Shown: positions 41,151 through 55,100 of the stretch, one piece after another
Layout of the letters: each line of letters starts with the position of its first letter
How positions within the stretch are numbered: the stretch's first letter is position 1
Assembly (NCBI GenBank): GCA_964016885.1
Contig: OZ024742.1
Location: 328,786,001 to 328,850,000 of the forward strand
Origin: Eledone cirrhosa
Lineage: Eukaryota
Reading direction: 5' to 3'
Length of the DNA: 64,000 bases
Made by a program: the position numbers and the translations under genes
The notes under the pieces: model-generated
Databases searched by the model: none
Seen by the model: the letters and a program-made list of their open reading frames with translations, nothing else
Told to the model about the DNA's origin: nothing

Positions 41151-42135
41151 TCTATATATATAAAACTGTGGTTGTCTGTCTGTCTATCGATATTTGGCAC
41201 ACATCTCCTCTTAGAATCTCTGACGGAATTGCACCGAAATTACTATACTTGTACATTGAGCCCTAGCGAAGACATCGGAAAAGAAATATTTCAAATTGAC
41301 CCACCCTATGTGACGAAATCGAATATAATGTATCGATTTTTGAGCGTAAGTTATCAGTTATTTCCCTTTGTTCTGTTTACATTGAGCGTCTTACGTAAAA
41401 AATTACGCTGGCTTTCTCAGCGTTTAAAATGACATTAACACAATACACGAACAGTTGTCGAGCCAGCAAAATATTGACCTGCAAAATTCATCAGTTCGAA
41501 CACTAAGCTTCCGTTTTGCTTCATTTCCATTTAAAAGCATTTTAAAACAATATTTTTACTTGAAAACAAGTCTATTTAAAGACTACGTAAAACAAGCAAA
41601 TATTTCGTCGTTAGGCGTGCAGACAGACAGTCGTGCAGACAGACAGTCGTGCAGAGAGGTGATATACGCCTGCAGACAGACAGTCGTGCAGAGAGGTGAT
41701 ATAGGCGTGCAGACACACAGTCGTGCAGAGAGGTGATATAGGCGTGCAGACAGACAGTCGTGCAGAGAAGTGATATAGGCGTGCAGACAGATAGTCGTGC
41801 AGAGAGGTGATATAGGCGTGCAGACAGACATAACTGATAATTTGGTTACGCTAATGTTTTTCTCTGCGTTGCAGTGTTTACATTTTCGATCTTTGTTAAT
41901 AAATAACCAGTGCAGTTTCTATCCCCAGCATCCTCTTTTGTTATAACATTTGGGTTATCGTTATGTTTTCTTAACTTCATAAGGCATATTGTTGGTTGAG
42001 GGAATATTAATCAAAAACACCACATGCAAGTCTGCACAGTAGACACTACAGTTTTTAAGCCAAGAAAGAAACTTAACATTGTAACTTTAACACAGCTACT
42101 GAGCGACCCCGAGCAACGCCGGGCTTTACTGCTAT
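41151..42135 (+). mobile_element. Non-autonomous Helitron
   Basis: Starts TCTATATATATAAAACTGT after an A; subterminal GC hairpin cccgagcaacgccggg (42108-42123); ends gCTAT (CTRR-like) before T; no TSD. Confidence 0.82.
41613..41830 (+). repeat. 37-bp minisatellite (~5.5 copies) inside the Helitron
   Basis: Unit aggcgtgcagacagacagtcgtgcagagaggtgatat at 41703, 41740, 41777, 41814. Confidence 0.95.
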
Positions 42136-42295
42136 TATATAATAAAACATATATTTTGATTTTGTGAATATCTTCATTTATTAATATTCTGAATAACATT
42201 AATAACTCCAGAAAACTTTTCTGTATGAGTGCTTTTAATCTATTGTAAAACTATATTCATTGAGTAATCAATGAACCATTATTAATCGTTGGTTA

Positions 42296-42870
42296 GATGA
42301 GGGACTCATTTTATTACATGTTATCCATGCGCTACCTGCAGTCTTTTTCTCCATATTTTATTACATATATTTACCCAAACTGCGATTCTGTGTTTTTCTC
42401 TCTCTCTCTTACTGCTCCCCCATTCTCTCTGTTTCTCCTACCTCCTTTCGCCCCCTCTGTCATGTCAGTTAACTCTTCCTCACACTTTCACTCACTCACT
42501 GTTTCTCCTCTCTTCATTTCATCCTGTACACCACGAAGGCTATTTTTCTCTCTTCTCACATGGCCATCGTTCGTGTAAGGTCTTTTTTCTAAAGCGCTCA
42601 TATATTCACCTAGCTTATGCTAAACAGAATAATTATGAAGCTTGTTTCATTCCCCTACGGTTAGCTATACTCTTTGTTGTTCTCCTGTCTCACTCGCTTT
42701 ACGCGTTTTAATTGTCCTAATAACTTATTTTAGTTATTATTGCACCGACGTGAGGTATATGATTTTTAATGCAATGAAATATCTATGATCGTCGGCAAAT
42801 CACTGATGAGGGACTCATTTTATTACATGTTATCCATGCGCTACCTGCAGTCTTTTTCTCCATATTTTAT

Positions 42871-42878
<8 letters not shown>
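42296..42878 (+). mobile_element. Non-coding element with ~75-bp terminal direct repeat (period 509 bp) ending in (TA)n
   Basis: gatgagggactcattttattacatgttatcc...ttttattacatatat at 42296 and 42805. Confidence 0.7.
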
Positions 42879-42931
<53 letters not shown>

Positions 42932-43058
42932 GAAAATATAGAAATTATTGTGAGCAAGAAGCCAACAGTATTTCATAATATATAAGTGACTATAACGTCA
43001 AAATGGAAAATAATTAACGTAAGATATGGGAAAATAATTCAAACTCAATATATATATA

Positions 43059-43512
43059 ATAAAATAACAGGAGGCTAGACTGGTGTAATTCCTTGAAAGG
43101 TTTCTTATACTATTATCATTTCAATGACCGGGTTCAGTATGAATCCGGTGACATCATTAGGTATTTGAAATATAACAAAGGAATATAATAGACAAAAGCC
43201 ATGGTGCTGAAAATTAGAGACATGAGGGCGACCGAACATTTAGCAGCTTCTACCCCTGGTCAGCCGCTTTGATGATGTCACCGGATTCATACTGAACCCC
43301 GTCATTGAAATGATCTTAGTATAATAAACCTTTAAAGGAATTACACCAGTCCAGCCTCCCGTTATTTTATAATAATTAACTCCCTACTCACACCACAACT
43401 ACACAAATAAAGACGGGTGAGTTGCCTTACGTTGAGTGCTTTCCATAATATTACATAGAGTTTGACCATACGGAATGACCAGCTCTATCCAGTGGCAAAC
43501 GAACAAACCACC
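43059..43512. mobile_element. Fold-back mini-element (~100-bp arms) with degenerate hammerhead and right tail
   Basis: 43059-43157 is the reverse complement of 43272-43370; (t)TGATGA-TGtcACCGG..GTCA-TT-GAAA at 43269-43310. Confidence 0.75.
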
Positions 43513-43531
43513 TAAATAAATAAATAAATAA

Positions 43532-43714
<183 letters not shown>

Positions 43715-43872
43715 GCTTCTTTGGGACAAGACGGACCCCTGAATGAAACAGTTCCAGTCCTGTAGTATCCATTTATATATTAAATTTGAGGTTTACAATC
43801 GACTAATATGTTAAGTACCTTACTTACTGTGGTTACCCCCAACTGTACCCGGGATTCTAACTCTCTCTGACT

Positions 43873-44035
<163 letters not shown>

Positions 44036-44229
44036 AGTTATTCCGGGTTCAATCGGAGGTAACCACAGTAAGTAAGGTACTCAATACATAGCAGAGTATA
44101 AATGTTTAATATATAAAACGCTTCTATAGGACTAGAACTATTTCGTTCGTACGAAATCATCAGCGAACTGACTGATGATTTCGCACGAATGAAACAGTTC
44201 TAGACTTGTAGAAGCTTTTCTATATTAAA
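44036..44229. mobile_element. Fold-back mini-element (~59-bp arms), two hammerhead cores back to back, left tail; a third copy at 43741-43862
   Basis: 44105-44163 is the reverse complement of 44172-44229; both arms start at CTGATGA-T-TTCG(ca/ta)CGAA-Y-GAAA(c/t)AGTT. Confidence 0.78.
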
Positions 44230-44252
44230 TATATATATATACATATATATAA

Positions 44253-44306
<54 letters not shown>

Positions 44307-45067
44307 AAATATTAAATTTGTTACTATGGTTATAACTATTTTCCATGACAAATTCTGATGAAAGAAAGAAAAAAAATCAAGCGTATTTACGTCATCAACA
44401 CGACAACCAAGAGATGTTTGATCTAAGAAGATACATTTATATATGTTTGTAGCTTATTTAAATAGGAAATGCATTTCAAAAACTTTTCAAAGCAAATCTC
44501 TCATTTTACTAATGCGGTTGGCAATTTCGGATTTAAAATCTAAATCATAGAATTTGAGCTCTTTCAATAAATATTCGTTATCTCCTCTGAGAATTTATTT
44601 GAGACATCTATGTCATGTACTTAGATCTCGTATCTCTTTCCTCTCCTGTTGATCACGTGCGCATTTATATGTACCCATGTCAAAAACTTAACTATGTCTA
44701 TGTTCGTATACGTATGTTTATATATATACAACACTCTTGTATATATATATATACATATATTAATTCAAAATATTAACAAAACAGATATTCTTGTGATCAA
44801 GTATATTTTATTATACATATTTCAGAGGTACTGAGTTAAGTTCAACAGCACGTCCTCATCAGATAAAATAAGATGATGCATGACATACCCAGACATAGTA
44901 GATGGTTAAGATTCAGTCATGGTAGCTGAAAATTTAAAGTAAGTGAGACTTTCACTACTCTAAAACAATAGCGTAAGGTCTTCAAAATGCTTTTAATTAA
45001 GCATACAGTGTATTGCAAAATACACTATATATACATTCATATATATATCGCTATTTCAGAGCACCAA

Positions 45068-45144
<77 letters not shown>

Positions 45145-45899
45145 AAGAGTACTATTTATATAGAGAAAGTTATATACCCTGACTCTGTAGACATGTATGT
45201 AAATTTGTGTTGACAAGTAAATATGCTAAATGCGTATTTTCACCTAATTTGAAAAAATTTGACAAATACATTTATCTAGCTTTCAAGCAGAGTTACATTG
45301 ATATCAGAATACATTGATATCAGCAAACAACTGCACAAAATACGTAATATAGCTTGTCACTTATTACATCATCCTGAATTGGAGGTACTAATTTAATATG
45401 CTTATTTTTTAATTTTAAGATAACAGGGCATTTACATGTTTACACACGCAAAGAAAGCGTAAATTTATATTCACATTTAGGTAGAGCCGGTTACTTCTAT
45501 TCTGTATGTATACTGATGTAATTTTATCATATACGTCGGCTGTATAGCGCACATTTTAATATATATCTTAATTAACTACCATCATGAGCACTAAGAGTTG
45601 AGTGGTCTAGAGTTGACAGAAATTTTATTATAGGGATTCGGCTTTGAAATTGCGTTAAATTCACGTGTCTGTAAAATACTCAACCGTTTACACCTTAATT
45701 CGCGGGCAAATGATTGCTCATCCTCGAAACCGACGGAGAATAAATAATCATATATTAAGTGGATAGATTGTTTTTACAGTTTTTTTATATATTTATATTT
45801 TACCAAATTTCCATTAAGAAATCTGACGAAATCCTTAAGGCAGGGATTAAAATATTAACTCAAAAGGAATTTAACTCACAACATCAAATTTCTCAACAA

Positions 45900-46930
45900 T
45901 CATTGCACCTGAAATGAAAACCACCATTATTATTACAGCCGTCATCACAATCATAAGTACAACAACTGAAATATTCCAAATACCATAACACATAAATTAA
46001 ATATAGGCCCAATGACATGGATTGCAATGTGCTAAAAACAACAGCCAAATATCTCTCAAAACACAATCCTGCTATCTTGCACATCTCTCAATGGACTCTT
46101 TCTATAAGATCATGTTGGATTTTAAAATGTATTTTTGCTAATTAATCAAATACGCAGATTCGTCTGATTTATGGTATACTCTGCAGATTGGAGAGCAATT
46201 TTGTCAATCAATGTTAACTTTCACTCAATTGGTTCTGAATTATTGATCTGGGCCGGCAGTAATAATAGCCTAAGTGCTCTTTTTAACCCAACCCGATCTA
46301 AGCCAAAGCCAAGACTTTGAATCAGCAATCTCTTTAATGGCAACTGGAAATTTGCAATGAAGAGCCCTTTCTTCACATGCCTGTTATTGTGTCTCTCTAA
46401 AGGCTTTGTTCAATGCTTTCTTACATTAACTTTCGTTTATAAAGTCTTCCCCAGAACTTCTCTGAGTGGTGATTCTTCAGGTAATGTTAGATAGTCCAAG
46501 AAACTGTTGCACTCACTACGTTAACATTGCTCAACCGAAATTAAATCTCTCTCACCTTCCTTTCTCTTAAGTTTCAGACTTGCAACATTTGCACTTGGGT
46601 GCAAGCACCCATAGCGCGTAAAGAACTTACGTGTGCGTCTATTAATTCTTTCAAGGTCTTGTTTCATCCAATCAACTATTCCAGCATTATACTTCACTAT
46701 TCCCTCAGATCATTGTTTTATTCCTGATGTAATAGTTCCTGCATACACTTTTGATTTTGACAATTTTCTCACTCTCTTGATGTACTCTTTTCAATATTTT
46801 CCTTCATTTCGCCTGTTCTAATCCCTGCATCCTGCAACGTGTCCAAGAATGTTTAACCTGTTCCTCCAATTTAGGGCACTATTTCACTATCAAGCATTTC
46901 AATATCATCTGTTGGTTGAAGGCTGTGAGC
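45900..46930 (-). mobile_element. Degraded R4/Dong-type LINE fragment
   Basis: Minus strand near 46520-46645 reads RRTRKFFTRYGCLHPSANVASLKLKRKEGERDLISVEQC, homologous to MHHPKADTDRIYLPRKEGGRGLI at 28568-28906. Confidence 0.7.
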
Positions 46931-47099
46931 GTCTGGCAACATTTCGCACCTGATATATACAATTGCCACCTCCACTGGACCTTTCAATGATAACGTCTAC
47001 AAGGCGTATTTCTGGGTATGATTGACAATCCTGCTCCTTACATCATCCCAGTTTCTATCATTTAGGAGGTCCGGTCCGAGATAAGTCCGAGCGCCATGA

Positions 47100-48200
47100 C
47101 TGTTCTCCCCGTTTAGCGTCCGACGATCCTGTTGAAAGGTATGGATTTGCTTCTCCAGGTGCGAAGCTGAAAACCTACCGACTTATCCTGGTTCATTTTT
47201 CCTGTCGTAAAATGTTATACTCCTCTAAGAAGTTTGCAGCGATCCCGATAACCGAAGTGTCCAACACCATTACAGTGGTGGTGTCCACATATTCTGACAC
47301 ACCCGTTCCACGTCCCGGTTCGTGCGTGATGCACTACAGCATCTCCATCTTCCGCTGAAATGGCTCGAGAGTCAACACATACAGAAGGGAGAAAAGAAGG
47401 GTGTCCTTGTCGAACTGAACATGTGACCTGAAACGTCTCCAATAGGTGAAGTGATCCAGCCTCTGAAGACGGGACGGAAACCGGATGCCTTGAAGATAAC
47501 CTTAAAGAAGTGATGGTCGATTCTATCAAAATCTTTAGATTGATGGTCCCACTGAAGTCAGGCTTACACCAACCCTCTCTATGATGCATCGCATGAGGTG
47601 GAGTTCGTTCTGTATTGATCTGTTTGGGATTGAGCATGCCTGTGCTTCCTCGAACAGAATGTTGACGACACGCTCCTACCTCTTTGCTAACACCTTAGCC
47701 ACAATCTTAAACTCTGAATTGATCAGAGATACAAGACAAAATGTTTCGATTACGGCCTCCTTGTTCACGTCTGCATTTGGTACGAGAGTGTCCTTATTTT
47801 GTGTATTTATGTTTGGGTGAGGCAGAATGTTTTTGTTGAATCTACATTTTTTTGTTTGTTATTTTGGTCCTCCTTTCCTCTTCAATCCAACATGTGGAGG
47901 AATCCGTGCCTGAGAAATCATATCCGATTAATGATAATCCCGAGTATTTTAGTCAATCGTGAAATAAATTATTTGCTAAAGGACAGAATGCACCGCCTGG
48001 TATTTAACCTACGTTCTTGCGACGGTAATCCACTAAGACCCGCTCTATCCACTAAGACATACGCCCTCAACGTAATATTTCTCTGCAATCACCGTACACC
48101 TACATCTTACCTAAAACCAGAAAGGTTATTACAAGAAGTTATTTTTTTCTGCAGGTTAAGTCTTGACATACGTTTCCACTATATAATAAAGTGAATAATA
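47100..48200 (-). mobile_element. Degraded Tx1-like RT fragment
   Basis: Minus strand SLINSEFKIVAKVLAKR..EEAQACSIPNRSIQNELHLMR and FQVTCSVRQGHP match the 35500-35950 region. Confidence 0.75.
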
Positions 48201-48296
48201 CAATTTAATAAAATTGAAATACCAACCTACAAACACGCCCACACATACACACAAACACACACAGACAAAAACGATTCGAGTCACAAACACACACAC

Positions 48297-48360
<64 letters not shown>

Positions 48361-48364
<4 letters not shown>

Positions 48365-51206
48365 TATTTTCCGTTGTGTTGTAATATAAATATTACACAC
48401 AGTAGATTATCAGCTCACGTAGAGTTTGCTCGACGGTTCCAGTTGTAGTTCCAAATGTAATCCGGAGAAAAATAGAAAGATTTGAATGGATACAGTTTAG
48501 TTGAAAGGAATTTATTGACACGTGTTTCTATAACAGTTACATAACCTAAAACATCTATCTACAAACTTTTAGTTATGCAGACATTCAATATTTCAATGTT
48601 ATTATTTACTGTCATTTCATCAGAATAATATTACTGAGGACCTATTTAGTTTTTATAGAGAATATTAGGAGGGAGGGGTGAAGTTGTTAGAAGAATAGTT
48701 GAAGGAGTGGTTTTTCGATAGCAGTGAGAATTCTTGGTGGCAGTGAGTAATTAGATTCCCATCTGTTGTTTTGACATTTTTTATAGAATATATTATTGGT
48801 TATTTTTCTAAATCTATAGAAGGATTAGAGATAGTAAAGATATGCGTGGTTGGTTTTGTGTTTGCACTTAATTAACATTCAGACTTAAATTTTTCTTTCA
48901 AGTGTACGTATCCTTTCACCCACGCATTCACACAAATATATTTGCACACCTCTACAAAATACATATACTCACAATTCACATATTCATACTTACATATATA
49001 TACACATGCATACACATATATATACACACATGTATTCATGTACATACATACGCGCTCATGTGTATACATTTTCATACTCAACTTATCTTTATATACACCG
49101 GCGGTACCCACCTTCAATCTTAAGGACCACAAGGTAAACTTTGATAATGACCCTAAAATTAGATTAATCTGCCCCTCTAAATCAGATATAGGTAAAATAA
49201 GCAAATATATCTTAGATAGAATCATCCCCCAAATTAAGGCTAAGGTTAACATTAAACTCTGGGGGAAGACCCAAGAAGCAATAAGATGGTTTAATAGCAT
49301 TAGCAATAAGAATAAATCTAAGTTTATCCAGTTTGATATCGATGAATATTACTCATCGATATCACCTGAAACTTTGAATAGAGCCATTAAGTTTGCTAAG
49401 GTTAACTCTGACCTTACAAACGATGAAATTAAGATTATATTAGAAGCTAGGAAAACTATAGTCAAATTTGAGAACAGTTATTAGGTACGTAAAGATAGAC
49501 CCTCTAACTTTGACATAACAATGGGCTCTAACGATTCGGCGGAAATAACTGATATTGTGGGGTTATTTATCGCCTTTAGACTCCAGGAAAAATTCAGCAA
49601 TTTCCACGGCGGAATATACCGCGACGATGTTCTCCTCCTAGCTAAAAACCTTAATAACCAAAAACTAGAAAAACTACGAAAAGATATAAGAAAACTACTA
49701 CTCGAAATAGGACTAACTATAACATATGAATACAACCTTAAAGTAGTTAACTTCCTGGATGTCACACTCAATTTAAACTCTGGTTTGATTAAACCGTTTC
49801 ATAAATTGAATGAAAATCTCAAATACGTAAATGTTGGGTCTAACCACCCCATCTCTATAATTAAATCTATCCCTAAAAATATTTCCCTTAGAATCTCGGG
49901 TCTATCTTCTAACATACAAGTATTTAAGGAACACGCCGAGTACTACGATAACGCCCTTAGTAAAGCAGGCTACCTCAACAAAATAGAGTACATAGATGGG
50001 AACAATCAAAACACCCAAAATAAATCCCACATAGGTAGATATAATAACACAACACCAAACCACACTTACTACCATAGTACGCACACCAGTAAACCAACAA
50101 ACAAAACTAATAGAAAGCGATGCAAAGAGTACTTATGGTATAACCCCGAATACAATAGCTCCATTAGTACAAATTTACCAGTACACTTCTTTAAAATAAT
50201 TAAAAGACATTTTCCCACATCACACAAATACCACAAAATCCTAAACCCTACCACTATAAGACTGTCATACTCTACAGCGTTAAACCTTGAACAACACATA
50301 AAAAAGATCAATACTAGAAGGTTAAACGAAAACACTAAGAACTTAAGTACAAAGAACACAAAAAAAACAGTAGACAATACACTACAGAACATAAATAAAC
50401 CACACCTAAGTTCGTCCGCAATACTACTCCAGAGAAAACCCAACGTACACAACTGTAACTGCACCTATCCTGACAACTGCCCCCTCGGCAATAACTGCCT
50501 GGAAAAAAATATTATTTATAAGTGTACCATTAAATCCGGAGGCAACGAGTGGTATTACGTGGGATCAACGGCAACATCGTTTAAATCTCGATTGTATAGG
50601 CATTCTTACTCAATAAAACACCAGAGCCAAAGAAATGTAACAACTTTAGCAGAAAAAGCTTGGACGCTCAGGGATAGCGACCAAAAGTTTACCCTAAAAT
50701 GGGAAAAATTAGCTAAAACCCAAAGCTTTTCCAGGAGCCAAAATTTCTGCAAATTGTGTAATCTTGAGATTTATTACATAATCACACACAAGAAGAAACT
50801 GCTGAATAACAGAATTGAACGAACATTATTCTGCCGTCACAGAACTAAAACCCTTTTTTCCCACTACAAGCCGAATATTACATAAAAGAGGGACATCCCC
50901 CAACTATATAAACCTTAATCTAGTTAGAAAAATATAAAAACAATCTCTTCTCAACATATATTAATAACCTTAAATTACCATACTAATAATGAAAAGATAT
51001 GCTGATGAGAATAGGTACAAATATGCGATAATGAATGTGTCTAAAAACGTCCATAAGTATGTATATATATGTGAAAATGTATATAAATAAGTAAATATAT
51101 ATATATGTTTGATGTGTATAGTTAGATGTAAGTGTATTCATGTATTAAAGTGCTTATATATATGTATATATGTATGTATGTGTATATGTATATATATGTA
51201 TGTATG

Positions 51207-51247
<41 letters not shown>

Positions 51248-51991
51248 GTGTATATATATATATATATATATGTGTATGTATATATGTGTATATGGATGTG
51301 TATGTATGTGTATGTGTGTACACATGGACTAGAGTATGTATGTATATATGTGTATGTCTATACGTGTGTATATAAAGATAAGTTGAGTATGAAAATGTAT
51401 ACACATGAGCGCGTATGTATGTACATGAATACATGTGTGTATATATATGTGTATGCATGTGTATATATATGTAAGTATGAATATGTGAATTGTGAGTATA
51501 TGTATTTTGTAGAGGTGTGCAAATATATTTGTGTGAATGCGTGGGTGAAAGGATACGTACACTTGAAAGAAAAATTTAAGTCTGAATGTTAATTAAGTGC
51601 AAACACAAAACCAACCACGCATATCTTTACTATCTCTAATCCTTCTATAGATTTAGAAAAATAACCAATAATATATTCTATAAAAAATGTCAAAACAACA
51701 GATGGGAATCTAATTACTCACTGCCACCAAGAATTCTCACTGCTATCGAAAAACCACTCCTTCAACTATTCTTCTAACAACTTCACCCCTCCCTCCTAAT
51801 ATTCTCTATAAAAACTAAATAGGTCCTCAGTAATATTATTCTGATGAAATGACAGTAAATAATAACATTGAAATATTGAATGTCTGCATAACTAAAAGTT
51901 TGTAGATAGCTGTTTTAGGTTATGTAACTGTTATAGAAACACGTGTCAATAAATTCCTTTCAACTAAACTGTATCCATTCAAATCTTTCTA
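48361..51991 (+). mobile_element. Young Hydra-like PLE, 5'-truncated, with 626-bp inverted terminal arms and left tail
   Basis: 48473-49098 is the reverse complement of 51366-51991 (one mismatch noticed); both ends in (TA)n; hammerhead-like CTGATGA-AATG..CATT-GAAATATT at 51841-51877. Confidence 0.93.
49099..50885 (+). pseudogene. PLE RT plus Cys linker plus GIY-YIG, single in-frame TAG at 49482-49484
   Basis: ORFs 48942 and 49521 are in the same frame: LKDHKVNF..IRLICPSKSDIG..FIQFDIDEYYSSI..MGSNDSAEITDIVG..GIYRDD..NFLDVTL..CNC..CPLGNNCL..IIYKC..YYVGST..FKSRLYRH..CKLCNLE..CRH. Confidence 0.93.
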
Positions 51992-51992
51992 T

Positions 51993-52025
<33 letters not shown>

Positions 52026-52110
52026 ATATGTGTATATATATATATATATATATACGTAAACACGCACGCACAAATATATACATATACACCCACACACACG
52101 CACGCGCGCG

Positions 52111-52183
<73 letters not shown>

Positions 52184-55100
52184 GGGTGGATGTGGATATT
52201 AGGAGAGAGATAATACATCGCACGAGTACGAGTATACGACACATGTTGCATATTTAAATAAGGTTCTGCTTGAATTCTTTCTCCAGTATTTCTTCATCTG
52301 AACAAATCAGGAAATATAACCACTTATTAGTTCTGCACTGCAGTTTATTAAACTTATTTTACAACATTGAATAACCAAACTAACAAATATATAATTATTT
52401 AATACAATCAGACTTTCTTATTTTGCGAGACATCAATTACATTTATTAGCATACAGTGTTTATTGCATTATGTTTGACGTAGAGTAAGGCAGAGTGGTTA
52501 TGACTTTTAGCTCACGGTGGAAACGTTGTAAGTTCGATTCCCGGTGATGGGTTGTGTCAGTGAATAAAAGATTTGATTCCACGTTACTCCAGTTCTCTCC
52601 AGTCACACATTACACATTGTCTACGCTAAATCTCACGGAGTCTCCTGTTTCTGTGTATACGCACATCTGGAATGTTCCAACATTTACTCGATAATACAGG
52701 ATGAATTCTACATATAATTGAAAGGACCAGCTGTATCACCTATTGCACTACGGTAAATATCTATGGACAGGTTATGACCATCATCAGATATGACCATCAG
52801 CAGGTGCGAGATCTGTTTCAGACATCGGTGATCATGGTTTTCTAGTGCACTTGACCAGAACAAATCCGAATTGGGTGCCTGATATTTTCGAGTAAATTTT
52901 GTTTCGCATTCATGTTATGAGAATGTGGGGAAGAATTTTTGTAATGTGACTCATAAGACTAATTGATTGGTGTTGGTCACAATCCGTGGTGCTGGATTAT
53001 TTGGTAAGGTGATAAGAACTGAGTTTCCATGCCCTGGGGGATTACATCACTGTCATATATATATATGAAAGATATATATATGACAGATATATAAATGTCA
53101 GATATATATGACAGATACTACGTTAAATGAACATGTATGTGGAAAGTTTATTCAGATGCACGTCAATTCCACGAGCCAGATGTTCTGTTGATAAAACAAC
53201 TGGAAGATCGCCATAAATACATATTAGAATTAAAATGGAATTAAGTTTACGTATTTCACGTACTTTACAATATGCCGATCTGTTAAAGCGTCTGTTTTTT
53301 TAACGCCTTCTATGTTGCATTTGAAGTGACCATGTCTCAAGCTGTGTAAAGTGATAGTAGCGAATCACGCCAGGGGCATTTGTTTATTCTTAAATATGAA
53401 ACAAAATTGTCATGAGATACTTTTGTTAAACTTATATATGTGTGAAAAATCGAAGAGAATCGATTAAAAATTCCGAAGCCAAACATTTATAATTGTTAAA
53501 AATGTTTAATTGCCTTTTTCAAAAATAGTGAGAACTCTTTCCTTGAAACGTGTAGTGGTTTTCTTTTGTGTTAAAGCAGAAAACTAGATTAATACATTTC
53601 GAATTTGATGTCAGCTCATACATTGAGTGCACGTCTAGCAAGAGGTGCATGTAGATGGCACATGTGAATGGACGGTGAAAGGTGATATAATGCGCATAGG
53701 GATTTGCGTCATTAGAGGTAACAGAAAATAACTGAATAGAATTAAGAATCTATGAATCATAACCAGATCCTGATGTATATAGAATTCTATAGAGGTTGAG
53801 CTGAAGAGATTCCTGCAGTGAATCTGTCTGACTGAAAGTTTCTGATCCCAGCAATAAAATAGAGACATGAATCACAGGCAATTAAATTACATAGAAAAGT
53901 CTTATGTGAGACATAGAAAAAGGTTCTACAAATTTCAAGGGGGCAAAAGCCTTACATTTGTCGGAGTTCTGAACAGTTAGAGACAAATGCCTTTTGATAT
54001 AAACATTCTTGTTCTATAATTTAAAATATGTAAATAATCAGTACATGTTACAGACTATTTATCATCTAATTAGTGAAATGACTAAGGGAAACATGGCACA
54101 CAAAGTTCTTGAATGTATCGTTATTTTACCGCTTACTGGAGCAGTCCTGGCTTAACAAAAGATTTACTGTTTTTACTGCTGTGAAAGAGGGCAAGAAAGG
54201 CAGAGTTTCCGAGAGAGAAAGTAGAAATGAGTGACGTTAATCTCAAAACGAGCTCCTGTCCTAATGTTTGCAGATTAAAAAAATACACTATTAAATATAT
54301 CCAAAACCAGATATAGTGTTACCCAGACTGCAAAGAGCCGGAATATATGCCATTAGGTGTAAAAATATTTCGAACATCCACAAGGCTGGGTTGGAATTTT
54401 ATTTCATCAGACTAAATGCAGATTGACGTTAGTAGCATTTGAACTCAGGACGCAGAGAGCCAGAATAAATTAATCTATTTATCCTATACTTTACATAATC
54501 TGCCAATTTGCTTGAAATCTGGTTGTCGGAGTTAAAATTCTGTTAAAAGAACATATTTTAATTTAATATCTGATATACACCGAATATTTATCACGTGTGT
54601 AATTCATTAAGGATATTTAAGAAGCGAAATATCTCCAAATAGTAAATTAAGAAACATTGAATATTTATTTCGCTAGCCTAGAATTTACATCCTCCTGCTT
54701 TAACTCACAACATAAATTTAATGTCACTTATTTAATTAACACGTGTGATAATTGAGAACCTGAACACAGAACTTTAGTGTACTGAACTAGTTACGTTATG
54801 TTAGGTCACCTGACACTCTTAGTTCAGTGCAAACAGTTATCTCAATATGAAAGCAACCAGAAGAACAATATTAAATGAAAAGAGGAAATAACGTTATTAC
54901 ATAGCTAGATAATTAAAGACATTTTCATTGGCGTCTGAAGTCTTAAGTTGATAAGGGAGTGACCATGTTAACTTGTAAGATGGCTTAGCATTCGCTGTAA
55001 AATGATTCCCAACTGGGAAATGAAACCGGGTCACGTACACACATTTACAAGAGAGCATCTTGTATATTCAAATTATGTTTTGTGACATAGACAAGTAATC

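Larger units (their letters stand above)
41061..42290. mobile_element. Fold-back mini-element (~72-bp arms) interrupted by a Helitron
   Basis: 41061-41132 is the reverse complement of 41140-41150 joined to 42136-42196; left end abuts (TA)n. Confidence 0.8.

Noticed and set aside
41613-41830. 37-bp repeats as a CRISPR array
   Set aside because: Head-to-tail units with no unique spacers, no cas genes, eukaryotic context.
48942-50885. Naiad-type selenoprotein PLE
   Set aside because: Endonuclease is C-terminal and the in-frame stop is TAG, not TGA; the first ~52 codons of ORF 48942 are just inverted-arm microsatellite.
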